Positions 26,288 through 35,497 of a DNA stretch of 64,000 nt are shown here, one piece after another. Both the position numbers and the translations under genes were made by a program. The notes under the pieces were generated by a model. It saw only the letters and a list, made by a program, of their open reading frames with translations, searched no databases and had not been told where the DNA came from. Numbering within the stretch: position 1 is the stretch's first letter; each line of letters starts with the position of its first letter. This DNA is from Eubacteriales bacterium (lineage in GTDB: Bacteria > Bacillota > Clostridia > Oscillospirales > CAG-272). The stretch covers positions 3,790-67,789 of the forward strand of contig JAZNXR010000002.1 in assembly GCA_045593985.1 (NCBI GenBank), in the 5' to 3' direction.

Positions 26288-26871
26288 TTGCTCGGATTGA
26301 TATAAGGCCAATACGCCTTGAAGTAGTTAAGTCCCGAAACGAGGGTTGCGATCGCCGAAATTCCTACGAGGACATAGGTTGCGATATTATAGGTGTTGAT
26401 TCCCGTGATGCGGCAGAAGATCGGCTCAACGATCGCGACGATAACCGCTATCATCTGCGAAACGGTCTTGATCTTGCCCATGATATCTGCGGCGATTACG
26501 ACCTTCGACGATACGATCATACGAAGCGAGGTGACGGCAAGCTCACGGAAGAAGATTATGAAGAGGCACCAGAACATGAAGGTTACGAAAACCTTATCGT
26601 TGTGATGCTTTACGAGAAGTGCAAGGTAAGAGCCGATTATGAGAAGCTTGTCGGCAACGGGATCGAGAAACTTGCCGAAATCGGTAACAAGGTCATACTT
26701 GCGAGCGATTTTTCCGTCGAGCATATCGGTAAGGGATGTGAGCGAGAAAAGCAAAAGACCTATTATGCCGAACAGAATATCGAGGTCGGGGTTAAAGTTA
26801 AAAGCGATGAAGAACATACAGAAGGGGACAAGTATTATACGGAGAATTGTAAGCTTATTCGGTAGATTCAT
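26284..26871 (-). CDS. pgsA: CDP-diacylglycerol--glycerol-3-phosphate 3-phosphatidyltransferase
   Basis: NKLTILRI start and CDP-alcohol motif DMLDGKIAR..G.FLDPVADKL. Confidence 0.9.
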   Translation of the reverse strand: MNLPNKLTILRIILVPFCMFFIAFNFNPDLDILFGIIGLLLFSLTSLTDMLDGKIARKYDLVTDFGKFLDPVADKLLIIGSYLALLVKHHNDKVFVTFMFWCLFIIFFRELAVTSLRMIVSSKVVIAADIMGKIKTVSQMIAVIVAIVEPIFCRITGINTYNIATYVLVGISAIATLVSGLNYFKAYWPYINPSK

Positions 26872-26886
26872 TTTGGTTTCCTCTCA

Positions 26887-28215
26887 TTAAATCATTTCGC
26901 CGTACAGATCGTAATCAATGGCGTCGGTAATTTTTATCGTTACAAACTCGCCCTCTTTGGGCTTCTTTTTTGAGGCAAAGTAAACTTTGCCGTCAATTTC
27001 GGGGGCATCTGCCTCGCTACGTCCGAAATAGGTTTCCGCAACGGGATCAAAGCCCTCGCAGAGGACGGTTACCGTCTTGCCTATTTTGCCACGGTTAAGC
27101 TCCTCGTGAATGTCGAGCTGGAGAGCCATTATTTCATCGTAGCGATCCTGCTTCGTCTGCTCGTCGATCTGATTTGGCAGATCGTAAGCGGGCGTATCCT
27201 CCTCACGTGAATAGGGGAATGCGCCGAAGCGATCGAACTTTGCTTCCTTGATGTACTCGCAAAGCTCGGTGAAGTCCTCCTCGGTCTCACCGGGGAAGCC
27301 GACGATGGCCGTTGTTCTTATCACGATTCCCGGAACACGCTCACGGAGACGCTTTACCGTGTCACGGACACAGGCACCGTCGCCGTGTCGATTCATTGCT
27401 TTCAGCATATTATCGGAAATGTGCTGTATCGGCAGGTCGATGTATTTTACTACTCGGCTGTTATTTGCAATTTCATTGACAAGCTCATCAGTTATTTTAT
27501 CGGGATAGCAGTAGAGCAGGCGGAACCAGGGAATCGAGGTTTCCTTCGTCAGCTCACGGATAAGGCGGGCAAGCGAATATTCGCCGTAGATGTCAAGGCC
27601 GTATCTGGACGTATCCTGCGCAACTATCACAAGCTCCTTTACGCCCAGCTCCTCAAGCGATTTTGCTTCATCAACGATATCCTCGATCTTGCGGCTGCGG
27701 AATGAGCCTCGGATATTCGGAATTGCGCAGTAGGAGCAGCGGTTGTCACAGCCCTCGGCTACCTTTATGTAAGCGGTATAATCAGGCGTTGTAACAACTC
27801 TTTCGCCGCCGAGGACAAGAGATTCGTTCGGCTCGCATGAGAGGTATTTTTCTCCCCTTGTAACGGCTTCAACCGCCTTTACTATATTGTGGATGCTGCC
27901 CGTTCCGACAACTGCGTCTACCTCGGGAAGCTCCTCAAATATTTGCTCACGGTAGCGCTCGGCAAGACATCCGCAGCAGATTATTCCTTTTAGCTTTCTG
28001 TTTTTCTTCAGCCACGCGACATCAAGAATGTTGTCGATAGCCTCCTGCTTTGCGCTCTCTATGAAGCCGCAGGTGTTTACGATTATTATATCTGCTTCAA
28101 TATCCTCGGGGGTAATGTCGTAGCCTGCAGTGACAAGCTCGTGAAGCATTACCTCGGTGTCTATCTGGTTTTTCGGACAGCCGAGCGAGATGAAGCCGAT
28201 TACCGGTTTTTTCAT
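26887..28215 (-). CDS. rimO: ribosomal protein S12 methylthiotransferase
   Basis: MTTase N-domain SLGCPKN, radical SAM CSYCAIP, TRAM C-terminus. Start moved to MKKPVIG; the track's 70-aa extension is repeat translation. Confidence 0.95.
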   Translation of the reverse strand: MKKPVIGFISLGCPKNQIDTEVMLHELVTAGYDITPEDIEADIIIVNTCGFIESAKQEAIDNILDVAWLKKNRKLKGIICCGCLAERYREQIFEELPEVDAVVGTGSIHNIVKAVEAVTRGEKYLSCEPNESLVLGGERVVTTPDYTAYIKVAEGCDNRCSYCAIPNIRGSFRSRKIEDIVDEAKSLEELGVKELVIVAQDTSRYGLDIYGEYSLARLIRELTKETSIPWFRLLYCYPDKITDELVNEIANNSRVVKYIDLPIQHISDNMLKAMNRHGDGACVRDTVKRLRERVPGIVIRTTAIVGFPGETEEDFTELCEYIKEAKFDRFGAFPYSREEDTPAYDLPNQIDEQTKQDRYDEIMALQLDIHEELNRGKIGKTVTVLCEGFDPVAETYFGRSEADAPEIDGKVYFASKKKPKEGEFVTIKITDAIDYDLYGEMI

Positions 28216-28254
28216 TTTTATTCCTCGTTTTATGTTAGATGTGCATACACAATA

Positions 28255-28283
28255 ATTATAATACTTTTGGGCTGATATGTCAA
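28255..28283 (-). promoter_or_regulatory. sigma-A promoter of the rimO operon
   Basis: Minus strand reads TTGACA, 17-nt spacer, TATAAT. Confidence 0.7.
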
Positions 28284-28318
28284 GGAAAAAGGAAAGCAAA
28301 ATCGGTAAGAGCGTTGTT

Positions 28319-28417
28319 TTGCCTCGCCCTACGGGAGAGGTGTCAACCGAAGGTTGACGGAGAGGGGAAATCGCCCTCTCACCCGACTTCGTCGGGAGCT
28401 CCCCCCAAGGGGGAGCC
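28319..28417 (+). repeat. R2 long element, second copy
   Basis: Same five-hairpin order as 25615-25724, with covarying stems (TCAACC-GAA-GGTTGA; CCGAC-TTC-GTCGG). Confidence 0.85.
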
Positions 28418-28423
28418 AACAAC

Positions 28424-28449
28424 AAAAAGCACCCTTTCGGGTGCTTTTT
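28424..28449 (-). terminator. rho-independent terminator of the lipoprotein gene
   Basis: AAAAAGCACCC-TTTC-GGGTGCTTTTT, immediately after the stop at 28453. Confidence 0.85.
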
Positions 28450-28452
28450 GTA

Positions 28453-29811
28453 TTACTGATAATTGCTATACCAAACGCGGCACTTATAGAAGCGTCCCAT
28501 CGTTGACGGAATGGTGCTGACGATGTTCGAGCCGTTCGGAATATAGGTAAGGTAGGTGGTGTTCCAGCCGCCGCCCTGACCGTTATCGTTTCCGCCGTCG
28601 TAGAACATATAGATCTGGTCGCCGTTTAAGAATCTGCCGACGCCCTTAACGTGCTCTGTCGTAGCGCCGACTACGCCCTCGTAAGCGTCCTTTACGGTCT
28701 TATTGACCTTATCGTAGATATAGACGTGAGATGCGGTCGAGATTATGAGCCAATCATCGTTTCCGAAGTAGGGCTGAAGGTCGTGCAGACCGCGTTCCGG
28801 CGTGGTGAAGCTCATTTCCTCGTCCTTTACGACGGTTACGGAGCCGTCATCGTTAGCGGTTACCTTATAGGCGTAGAGCATATCATTTCCTGCTGCCCAG
28901 AGGAGCTCATTCTTTGGATCCCAGAGGACGCCGTGTGCGTTCTGATACGGGATCTCCAATCTGATCTTCGTAGGATCGTCGCTGTTCAGATTGTAGAAAT
29001 GGATATCGTGGCCGACGGTGCCGCCGACGGCGATCACGCCGTTAGGCATAAGCTCGACGCTGTGCGAGTTTTCGGGAGCGTCATTTATCTGCCAGAGGAT
29101 CTCCTTCGTTTCGAAGGACACCATCTCGACGTGCGTTCCGACCGTGATGAGGACTACGTCGCCGTAGGTCGGGTGGTTACGAAGCTTGAAGCCGCTGATT
29201 CCTGGGGTGGGCTTGCTCGCCCAGACGAGGGACGTTGCGTCCATTCGTCCGACAGAGATATCGTATACCTCTACGCATCTTGTCGTCTGGTTTGCCATTC
29301 CTACCAACATTTCGCTGTGTCCTCCTACGGTGCCTGTTATATTGAGTGTTTTGGGAACTGATTTGTTTTCGTAGTTTATTGCTGCAAGAAGTGCGCCGAC
29401 TCCGCGGGAAAGCGCTATATCGCTTCCGCCCACGACTACTATTCTTCTGCCCATAACCTTGACTCTGTATTCGTTTTCAGCGATGCCTTCGGCGAGGGCC
29501 TTTGATTCTTCTCTGCCGGTGTCTCCGACAAGGAAGTAATAACCGTTTTTGTCGTCGCTGTTTGCGGGAACGTAGGTTACGCGGAAAACTCCGCCGACGT
29601 TTTTGCGAAGCTCGGAGCTCAAAAGCTGCGTGACGCTGTTAACGACCGATCCCGCCTTGGAGTAGGATATGATAGTAAACTGTGCCTTTCCGTCTTTATC
29701 TACGAGAGAAAGGTCAGGGCTTTCCGCCTCGGGCTTTTCCTGCTTTGCTCCGCAGGATGCGAGGGTGAAAAGCATCGTGAAGGCTAAAAGAACAGTGATC
29801 AGCTTTTTCAT
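28453..29811 (-). CDS. lipoprotein, uncharacterised (N-terminal alpha/beta domain plus beta-propeller-like repeats)
   Basis: Lipobox LASC. SD GAGG is 8 nt upstream of the ATG at 29811. No catalytic motif recognised. Confidence 0.6.
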   Translation of the reverse strand: MKKLITVLLAFTMLFTLASCGAKQEKPEAESPDLSLVDKDGKAQFTIISYSKAGSVVNSVTQLLSSELRKNVGGVFRVTYVPANSDDKNGYYFLVGDTGREESKALAEGIAENEYRVKVMGRRIVVVGGSDIALSRGVGALLAAINYENKSVPKTLNITGTVGGHSEMLVGMANQTTRCVEVYDISVGRMDATSLVWASKPTPGISGFKLRNHPTYGDVVLITVGTHVEMVSFETKEILWQINDAPENSHSVELMPNGVIAVGGTVGHDIHFYNLNSDDPTKIRLEIPYQNAHGVLWDPKNELLWAAGNDMLYAYKVTANDDGSVTVVKDEEMSFTTPERGLHDLQPYFGNDDWLIISTASHVYIYDKVNKTVKDAYEGVVGATTEHVKGVGRFLNGDQIYMFYDGGNDNGQGGGWNTTYLTYIPNGSNIVSTIPSTMGRFYKCRVWYSNYQ

Positions 29812-29821
29812 AATCATTACC

Positions 29822-30538
29822 TCACTTTACGTTTTTGTGCGTATCTCCGCAGAGGAATCTTCTTGCACGCTCGATTGAGTCCTTTGAATTTCCCCAATCT
29901 TCCTTTTCGTATCTGTAATCGAACTTCTTACAGAACCAGGAAATATCCTCTCGAAGTGTATCGAAATAATCATAAACGGGCTTTGAAACGGCCTTGTAAA
30001 AGTCGGGATAACCCTTTTTCATCTCAACCTTTGCCGTTTCGAGCCACATTCTGAAATGCGGCAGGCAAATATACGGCTGCTTTTGAGTTTTTGCTCTGAA
30101 TTCCGCATCCTCGCTCCAAAGCAGGGCGGCATTTGAGAGCATCCTCTCAAAATTATGATCTATTCGAGAGCAGATATAGCAGGAATCGTCAAGCTTGTTC
30201 AGGCGTTTAGGCGCAGCAGCTCCGACTCTGCCGACAAGGGCAAGCAGCGCATTATCGTCTATTTCCTTTCGCAGCTGATCGAGATGCGATTCGAGCATAA
30301 GTCCGAGCGGAAGTCGCTTTTTTGCCTCGATAAGACGGTCAAAATGCGTTGAGCAGAAGCCCTGCTCGTTCGTTTTTGCTCTCGTATCCGGCTCCATCAT
30401 TGATGCGCCGAGAATGAGATCGATCTCATTTTGCTCGAGTATGTTATAAAGGCGGCAGAAGGGGCAACCGAGAGAATGATCGGCGGCGCAGGCTTCAAAC
30501 GCCTCGTTTACCGGTATCGTATAAATCGTTTCGCTCAT
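29822..30538 (-). CDS. uncharacterised Cys-rich protein with two CxxC..CxxHF modules (recalls the DUF6062 family, unverified)
   Basis: CPFC..CSTHF and CYIC..CLPHF. SD GAGGA is 5 nt upstream of the ATG at 30538. 8 nt downstream of the thyA stop. Confidence 0.6.
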   Translation of the reverse strand: MSETIYTIPVNEAFEACAADHSLGCPFCRLYNILEQNEIDLILGASMMEPDTRAKTNEQGFCSTHFDRLIEAKKRLPLGLMLESHLDQLRKEIDDNALLALVGRVGAAAPKRLNKLDDSCYICSRIDHNFERMLSNAALLWSEDAEFRAKTQKQPYICLPHFRMWLETAKVEMKKGYPDFYKAVSKPVYDYFDTLREDISWFCKKFDYRYEKEDWGNSKDSIERARRFLCGDTHKNVK

Positions 30539-30546
30539 ATCTATCC

Positions 30547-31377
30547 TCAAAGTGCAACGGGGAAGCGACCGATCTTTTCGCCGTGCTGATAATCTTCAAC
30601 CTTGAAGGAGTCGGGAGTGAAATCGTAGAAGTTATCGACGGAGGGATCGAGCGTTACCTTCGGCGCATCATAGGGAGTGCGGGAAAGAAGCTCCTCAACG
30701 ATCGGAATATGACGGTCATATATATGCGCATCGGCAATTACGTGAACAAGCTCACCTGCTTTTAGCCCGCTGACCTGCGCAAACATCATAAGAAGTGCAG
30801 CATACTGCGCCACATTCCAGGCGTTTGCCGCAAGCATATCCTGCGAGCGCTGGTTCAGAATGGCGTTCAAAACGCCGTCGGTGACGTTGAAGGTCATACT
30901 GTATGCGCAGGGATAAAGCGCCATCTCATGAAGATCTGCGAAATTGTAGAGATTCGTCATGATTCTGCGAGAGCAGGGGTTATATTTGAGGTCGTAGAGA
31001 ACACGGTCGACCATGTCAAATTCGCCCTCTTTATACTTATGCTTTACGCCCATCTGATAGCCGTATGCCTTGCCGATAGAGCCGTTTTCATCAGCCCAGG
31101 CATCCCAGATGTGAGAGCCGAGGTCGTTTATATTATTCGACTTCTTCTGCCATATCCAAAGGATCTCGTCGACCGCAGAGCGAAGCGATATCGGACGAAG
31201 GGTTATGAGAGGGAAGTCCTCACGAAGATCGTAACGGTTTACGACACCGAAAAGCTTTTTCGTATATGCGGGGGTTCCGTCATCCCATTTCGGACGGACT
31301 CTTTCGTCTGTTACGAGTGTTCCTTTTTCAAGAATATCACGGCAGGTATTTATAAATGCTCTGTCTGCGGAACTCAT
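30547..31377 (-). CDS. thyA: thymidylate synthase (ThyA type)
   Basis: Conserved segments LRSAVDEILWIWQ, MALYPCAYSMTFNV (catalytic Cys), NQRSQD, GDAHIY-like ADAHIY. Confidence 0.95.
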   Translation of the reverse strand: MSSADRAFINTCRDILEKGTLVTDERVRPKWDDGTPAYTKKLFGVVNRYDLREDFPLITLRPISLRSAVDEILWIWQKKSNNINDLGSHIWDAWADENGSIGKAYGYQMGVKHKYKEGEFDMVDRVLYDLKYNPCSRRIMTNLYNFADLHEMALYPCAYSMTFNVTDGVLNAILNQRSQDMLAANAWNVAQYAALLMMFAQVSGLKAGELVHVIADAHIYDRHIPIVEELLSRTPYDAPKVTLDPSVDNFYDFTPDSFKVEDYQHGEKIGRFPVAL

Positions 31378-31552
31378 TTTTTCTCTCCAATACAGTTACT
31401 TTAACAATATTCTACAACATTTTCAGACTAAAAACAAGTATAATCGGTGTGTTTTTGCGGCATTTTGAAGAATTTTTTTGTGATTTCTAAATGATAAATT
31501 CTATTAAAGCATTTTCTGTCTTTCGCTAATTGCCGAAAAATCACGATTGGTA

Positions 31553-31580
31553 TTGCTTTTTCAGAAAATTATGGTATAAT
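31553..31580 (+). promoter_or_regulatory. sigma-A promoter of acpP
   Basis: TTGCTT, 16-nt spacer, TGG-TATAAT. Confidence 0.55.
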
Positions 31581-31623
31581 CTTCAAGGAAAGTTTAAGAA
31601 CACTATAACGAAAGGCTGATTTT

Positions 31624-31848
31624 ATGTTTGACAGAGTAGTAGAGATTATAGCAGAACAGCTTCAAATAGATAGCGACATTATTGACGAAACCTCAAAGAT
31701 CATGGAGGATCTCGGTGCAGATTCGCTTGACGTTGTTGAGATGCTTATGACAATGGAGGAAACCTTTGGAATCTCGGTTCCCGATGAGGATATCGAGGAT
31801 CTTATTACGGTAAGCGACGTTGTTGCTTACGTTGAAAGCAATATGTGA
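31624..31848 (+). CDS. acpP: acyl carrier protein
   Basis: 74 aa with DLGADSLDVVEM phosphopantetheine attachment motif. Confidence 0.9.
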   Translation: MFDRVVEIIAEQLQIDSDIIDETSKIMEDLGADSLDVVEMLMTMEETFGISVPDEDIEDLITVSDVVAYVESNM

Positions 31849-31856
31849 AAAGAAAA

Positions 31857-31888
31857 ATAAAAAAACAGCCCGAATGGGCTGTTTTTTT
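31857..31888. terminator. bidirectional rho-independent terminator
   Basis: A-run, CAGCCC-GAAT-GGGCTG, T-run, between convergent genes. Confidence 0.85.
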
Positions 31889-31897
31889 GTTGCAATC

Positions 31898-32482
31898 TTA
31901 TTCGTCTATATCTCTGATATGCTCCGAGGCTGTGAAAAAGCATTTTGCATAGCTGACAAGAGATATGATCATAAATACCGAGCAAAGCGCTACGATACTG
32001 TATACGCCTGCCGTCGATATATCCTTGAATATGACAAGCGTTACCATACTGACAAAAAGCACGGCGGTGCATATTTTGCCCGCAAAGAGCGCGCCATCAA
32101 GCATTTTACCGTTGTGAAGCAGTCTGCAAGCCATTACGAACATAAATCCCTCTTTGATTATGAAAAGGACAAGCAGGGGAAGGATCTCGAGATTGCGGAG
32201 CGTCAGGCAGAGGATCACGGATCCCTGTGTCAGCTTGTCGGCAAACGGATCGAGCATTATTCCGATGCGGGAGCGCATATTGAATTTTCTTGCTATAATT
32301 CCGTCGAACATATCGGTTATCGCAGATGCGGCGAAGACTGCGGCGGCTATGATATAGTCCTTCATCTCCCGTGCCTTCATATAAAGAACCGCATATATAG
32401 GGATAAGAAGTATTCTTATTACGCTTAACAGATTAGGAATTGTGAAAATTTCCTTTTTTGAATATCTCATTTCTTTCTCCAA
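31898..32482 (-). CDS. CDP-alcohol phosphatidyltransferase family protein
   Basis: DMFDGIIAR..G..LDPFADKL motif; multi-TM. Confidence 0.8.
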   Translation of the reverse strand: MEKEMRYSKKEIFTIPNLLSVIRILLIPIYAVLYMKAREMKDYIIAAAVFAASAITDMFDGIIARKFNMRSRIGIMLDPFADKLTQGSVILCLTLRNLEILPLLVLFIIKEGFMFVMACRLLHNGKMLDGALFAGKICTAVLFVSMVTLVIFKDISTAGVYSIVALCSVFMIISLVSYAKCFFTASEHIRDIDE

Positions 32483-32514
32483 AAAGCATGGATTATCTTA
32501 TTTTTTGCGTATCC

Positions 32515-33708
32515 TTAAGCTGTTTCGTCGGAGCTGCCTTCCGCTTCGGAATCGCTATCTTCCTCTTGCGACTTCTTTTCCGATTTTGCTTTCAGCCGTG
32601 CGGACACGTCGTTTTTGACTAACGTATAGATTACCGATGCTGTCGGGATAAACACAAGCATTCCGACAACGCCGTAAAGAGCGCCTCCGAGAATAAGTGC
32701 GGCGAAGGTCCACATTGCAGGCAGACCAATGCTTCCGCCGACAACTCGGGGGTAGATGAGGTTGTTTTCAAGCTGCTGAATGATAAGGAACATAACGACG
32801 AATATCAGCGCTCTCATAGGGCTTGTCATCATTATGAGTATTACGCCGACGAAGCATCCGATAAAGGCTCCGACGTAGGGAATAAATGCCGTAACGCCGA
32901 TTACAACGCTGATAACCGGGGCATAGGGGAAGCCGAATACCGTCATTGCGACAAAGAATATCGTTCCGAGAATTATTGCCTCAAGGCATTGTCCCGAGAA
33001 GAATTTTGTGAATGTCGTGACGACGAGGTTTACTAAGTATTTTATCTTGGGCGCCCACTTTTCAGAGAAATAAGCGTTGATTATGTCGTCGCTCTGACGT
33101 CTCAGGCGCTTCTTGTTTGCCAGAATGTAAATAGAGAAAATTACCGTGGTTATCAGGTTTGCAAAGAAGCTGACAAGACCGCTTAACGAGGTCTTGATCG
33201 TATCGACTATGCTTCCTGCGTTTTCGGTGAGCGATTTTATGATCGCATCAATGTCGATCTTGTCGAGAATAAGCTTTATATCCTTCGTTTCAATATCGTG
33301 CTTTTCCATGAGCGCAAGGATCTTCGGATAAGCAGTCTCAAAGGCATTTGCAATCTCGCTTACCGTATCAATGAGGGCAGGAATGAGCGTTCCGATAACG
33401 AACATGAGCGCGGCAATGGCAAGCAGGTATGCGAGGATGAGCGATACCGTCGTTATGAACTTCTGCGGCAGCTTTCTTTTGCTCTTCGATTTTTTGTTTA
33501 TGAAATTAAAAAGCTGCTCGAATTTTGCCATTGGCGTTCCGATTATAAGCGCCATAACGATTCCTGCAAAAAGCGGGGAGACAAGCGCGTAGAGCGTGCT
33601 GATCAAGCCGCCGAGCTTGTGAAAATTCATAATAATGGCGAATATGAGAATTACAGCTGTCGCAAACAGCAATCCTATTTTAAATTTTTTCTTATCCTGC
33701 TTGTCCAT
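32515..33708 (-). CDS. AI-2E family transporter (PerM-like permease)
   Basis: Multi-TM protein with conserved LENNLIYPRVVG motif. Start moved to MDKQDKK, which has SD AGGAG 6 nt upstream. Confidence 0.8.
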   Translation of the reverse strand: MDKQDKKKFKIGLLFATAVILIFAIIMNFHKLGGLISTLYALVSPLFAGIVMALIIGTPMAKFEQLFNFINKKSKSKRKLPQKFITTVSLILAYLLAIAALMFVIGTLIPALIDTVSEIANAFETAYPKILALMEKHDIETKDIKLILDKIDIDAIIKSLTENAGSIVDTIKTSLSGLVSFFANLITTVIFSIYILANKKRLRRQSDDIINAYFSEKWAPKIKYLVNLVVTTFTKFFSGQCLEAIILGTIFFVAMTVFGFPYAPVISVVIGVTAFIPYVGAFIGCFVGVILIMMTSPMRALIFVVMFLIIQQLENNLIYPRVVGGSIGLPAMWTFAALILGGALYGVVGMLVFIPTASVIYTLVKNDVSARLKAKSEKKSQEEDSDSEAEGSSDETA

Positions 33709-33861
33709 TGCCTTCTCCTTGATCATGCGCAGCCTGACTGTCATTAATATAATTATACGCTCTATATATATTCTTTTCAAGTTTAATATTTGAAAATTTA
33801 CATTTTCTTCATACCGAAGGCGTTTTTGGGTGTTCTGTCGACTGTAATTTACAAAAAACTG

Positions 33862-33889
33862 TTTACAAATTCCCAAAATCTGCTATAAT
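33862..33889 (+). promoter_or_regulatory. sigma-A promoter of prfB
   Basis: TTTACA, 16-nt spacer, TGC-TATAAT. Confidence 0.55.
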
Positions 33890-33919
33890 AATAAGAGAAT
33901 AGTATTTTCGGAGGAAAAA

Positions 33920-35035
33920 TTGATAATTCAGCTTGACGAGGCTAAGCGTACGTTGACAAACATACGCCCCGCCATAGAGGAACTAAAAAACGCGCTCCGC
34001 ATTGAGGAGCTGCATAGACAAATTCAGGAGCTTGAGGCAAAGACGCTCGTTCCCGATTTCTGGTCGAGAGACGATTCGGGAAGGGTGCTTCAGCAGATAA
34101 AGGACAAAAAGACGACGATCGAGCGCTATGACGAGCTTTGTTCACGGCTTGAAGACACACTCGTGCTTATTGATATGGGTATAGAGGAAAACGACGAGAG
34201 CGTCGTTGACGAGGTCGTTTCCGAGGTCAAGGCGATTCTTGAAACCGAGGAAACGATGCGTCTTGAAACCCTTTTGACGGGCGAGTACGACCATAATAAT
34301 GCGATCCTCTCCTTCCACCCCGGAGCCGGCGGAACGGAGGCGCAGGACTGGGCGCAGATGCTCTACCGCATGTATACACGCTGGGGCGAAAGCCACGGCT
34401 ACACCGTTAAGCTTATGGATTGGCTTGACGGCGATGCGGCGGGAATCAAGAGCGCAGTCATCTCGATCGAGGGCCCTAACGCCTACGGCTTCTTAAAAAG
34501 CGAAAACGGCGTTCACCGCCTTGTGCGTGTTTCTCCCTTCGATGCGTCGGGACGCCGCCAGACCTCCTTTGCTTCGGTTGAGGTAATGCCCGAATTTGAC
34601 GATATGAACGACAATATCGAAATTCGCGAGGAGGATCTTGAAATAACTGCTCACCGTTCATCGGGCGCCGGCGGTCAGCATATCAACAAGACCGACTCTG
34701 CAATCAGAATTCTTCATAAGCCCACGGGAATCGTGGTCGGCTGTCAGACACAGCGCAGCCAGCTTCAGAACAAGGAATACGCTATGCGTATGCTTAAGAG
34801 TAAGCTGATGGAGATAAAGCAGAGAGAGAATCTTCAGAAGATCGACGATATCAAGGGCGTCAAGACCGATATCGAGTGGGGCTCGCAGATACGCTCCTAC
34901 GTATTTATGCCATATACTCTTGCAAAGGACACCCGTACCGGCTTTGAAATTACCGACATTAACTCCGTTATGGATGGAAACATCGACGGATTTATAAACG
35001 CATACCTCAAAATGACAAGCTTGAAAGAAAGCTAA
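33920..35035 (+). CDS. prfB: peptide chain release factor 2, encoded in a single frame
   Basis: SPF and GGQ (SGAGGQHINKT) motifs. TTG start with SD GGAGG. No internal TGA frameshift site. Confidence 0.9.
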   Translation: MIIQLDEAKRTLTNIRPAIEELKNALRIEELHRQIQELEAKTLVPDFWSRDDSGRVLQQIKDKKTTIERYDELCSRLEDTLVLIDMGIEENDESVVDEVVSEVKAILETEETMRLETLLTGEYDHNNAILSFHPGAGGTEAQDWAQMLYRMYTRWGESHGYTVKLMDWLDGDAAGIKSAVISIEGPNAYGFLKSENGVHRLVRVSPFDASGRRQTSFASVEVMPEFDDMNDNIEIREEDLEITAHRSSGAGGQHINKTDSAIRILHKPTGIVVGCQTQRSQLQNKEYAMRMLKSKLMEIKQRENLQKIDDIKGVKTDIEWGSQIRSYVFMPYTLAKDTRTGFEITDINSVMDGNIDGFINAYLKMTSLKES

Positions 35036-35049
35036 AAGGAGAAATAATT

Positions 35050-35340
35050 ATGCTTAAACAGACAAGATTTTACCTCGGGCTTATGCTTATCGTGCAGTCA
35101 ATTTCCTGCTTCTTCCTCGTTATCGCATATCTGTTCAAGGACAAGAAGAATACGGCAAGCCCCTTTATGGTGCTCGGTATAATTTCCGCCGTTGCAGGCG
35201 GCTTCCTCGTCGCTGAAAAGGCAAAGGAAAGATACGAAAGCGAGCTTATCCTCGACGCAATGAACGACATCTGCGAGGAGGACGAGTTCCGTCACGATAT
35301 TCCCGTTGACGAAACTGCCGACGAAACCGAGTTTAACTGA
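35050..35340 (+). CDS. small membrane protein, hypothetical (two TM helices, acidic tail)
   Basis: SD AAGGAG; two hydrophobic helices; a terminator follows. Confidence 0.6.
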   Translation: MLKQTRFYLGLMLIVQSISCFFLVIAYLFKDKKNTASPFMVLGIISAVAGGFLVAEKAKERYESELILDAMNDICEEDEFRHDIPVDETADETEFN

Positions 35341-35344
35341 TATG

Positions 35345-35380
35345 AAAAACGGGCAGACACAGAGTGACTGCCTGTTTTTT
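35345..35380 (+). terminator. rho-independent terminator
   Basis: ACGGGCAG..CTGCCTGT stem followed by T6. Confidence 0.8.
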
Positions 35381-35497
35381 AGCTTTATGAGGTTGCTTGC
35401 TTGCCTCGGTATACTAAAGATGGGTAAATATGTACTTGATTTGGTGCATAAGATGAATTATAATTGAAGCATAAAAATCTTGGTAGGGGGAATTATT

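Noticed and set aside
31624-32482. Stand-alone acpP next to a CDP-alcohol phosphatidyltransferase as a specialised lipid module
   Set aside because: The two genes are convergent and separated by a bidirectional terminator. No synthase, ligase or acyltransferase partner lies nearby, so there is no evidence of a functional unit.
33932-33937. CTTGAC near the prfB start as a possible relic of the CTT-TGA-C frameshift site
   Set aside because: It lies at codons 5-6, about 20 codons upstream of the position homologous to the canonical site, and is read in frame. It looks coincidental.
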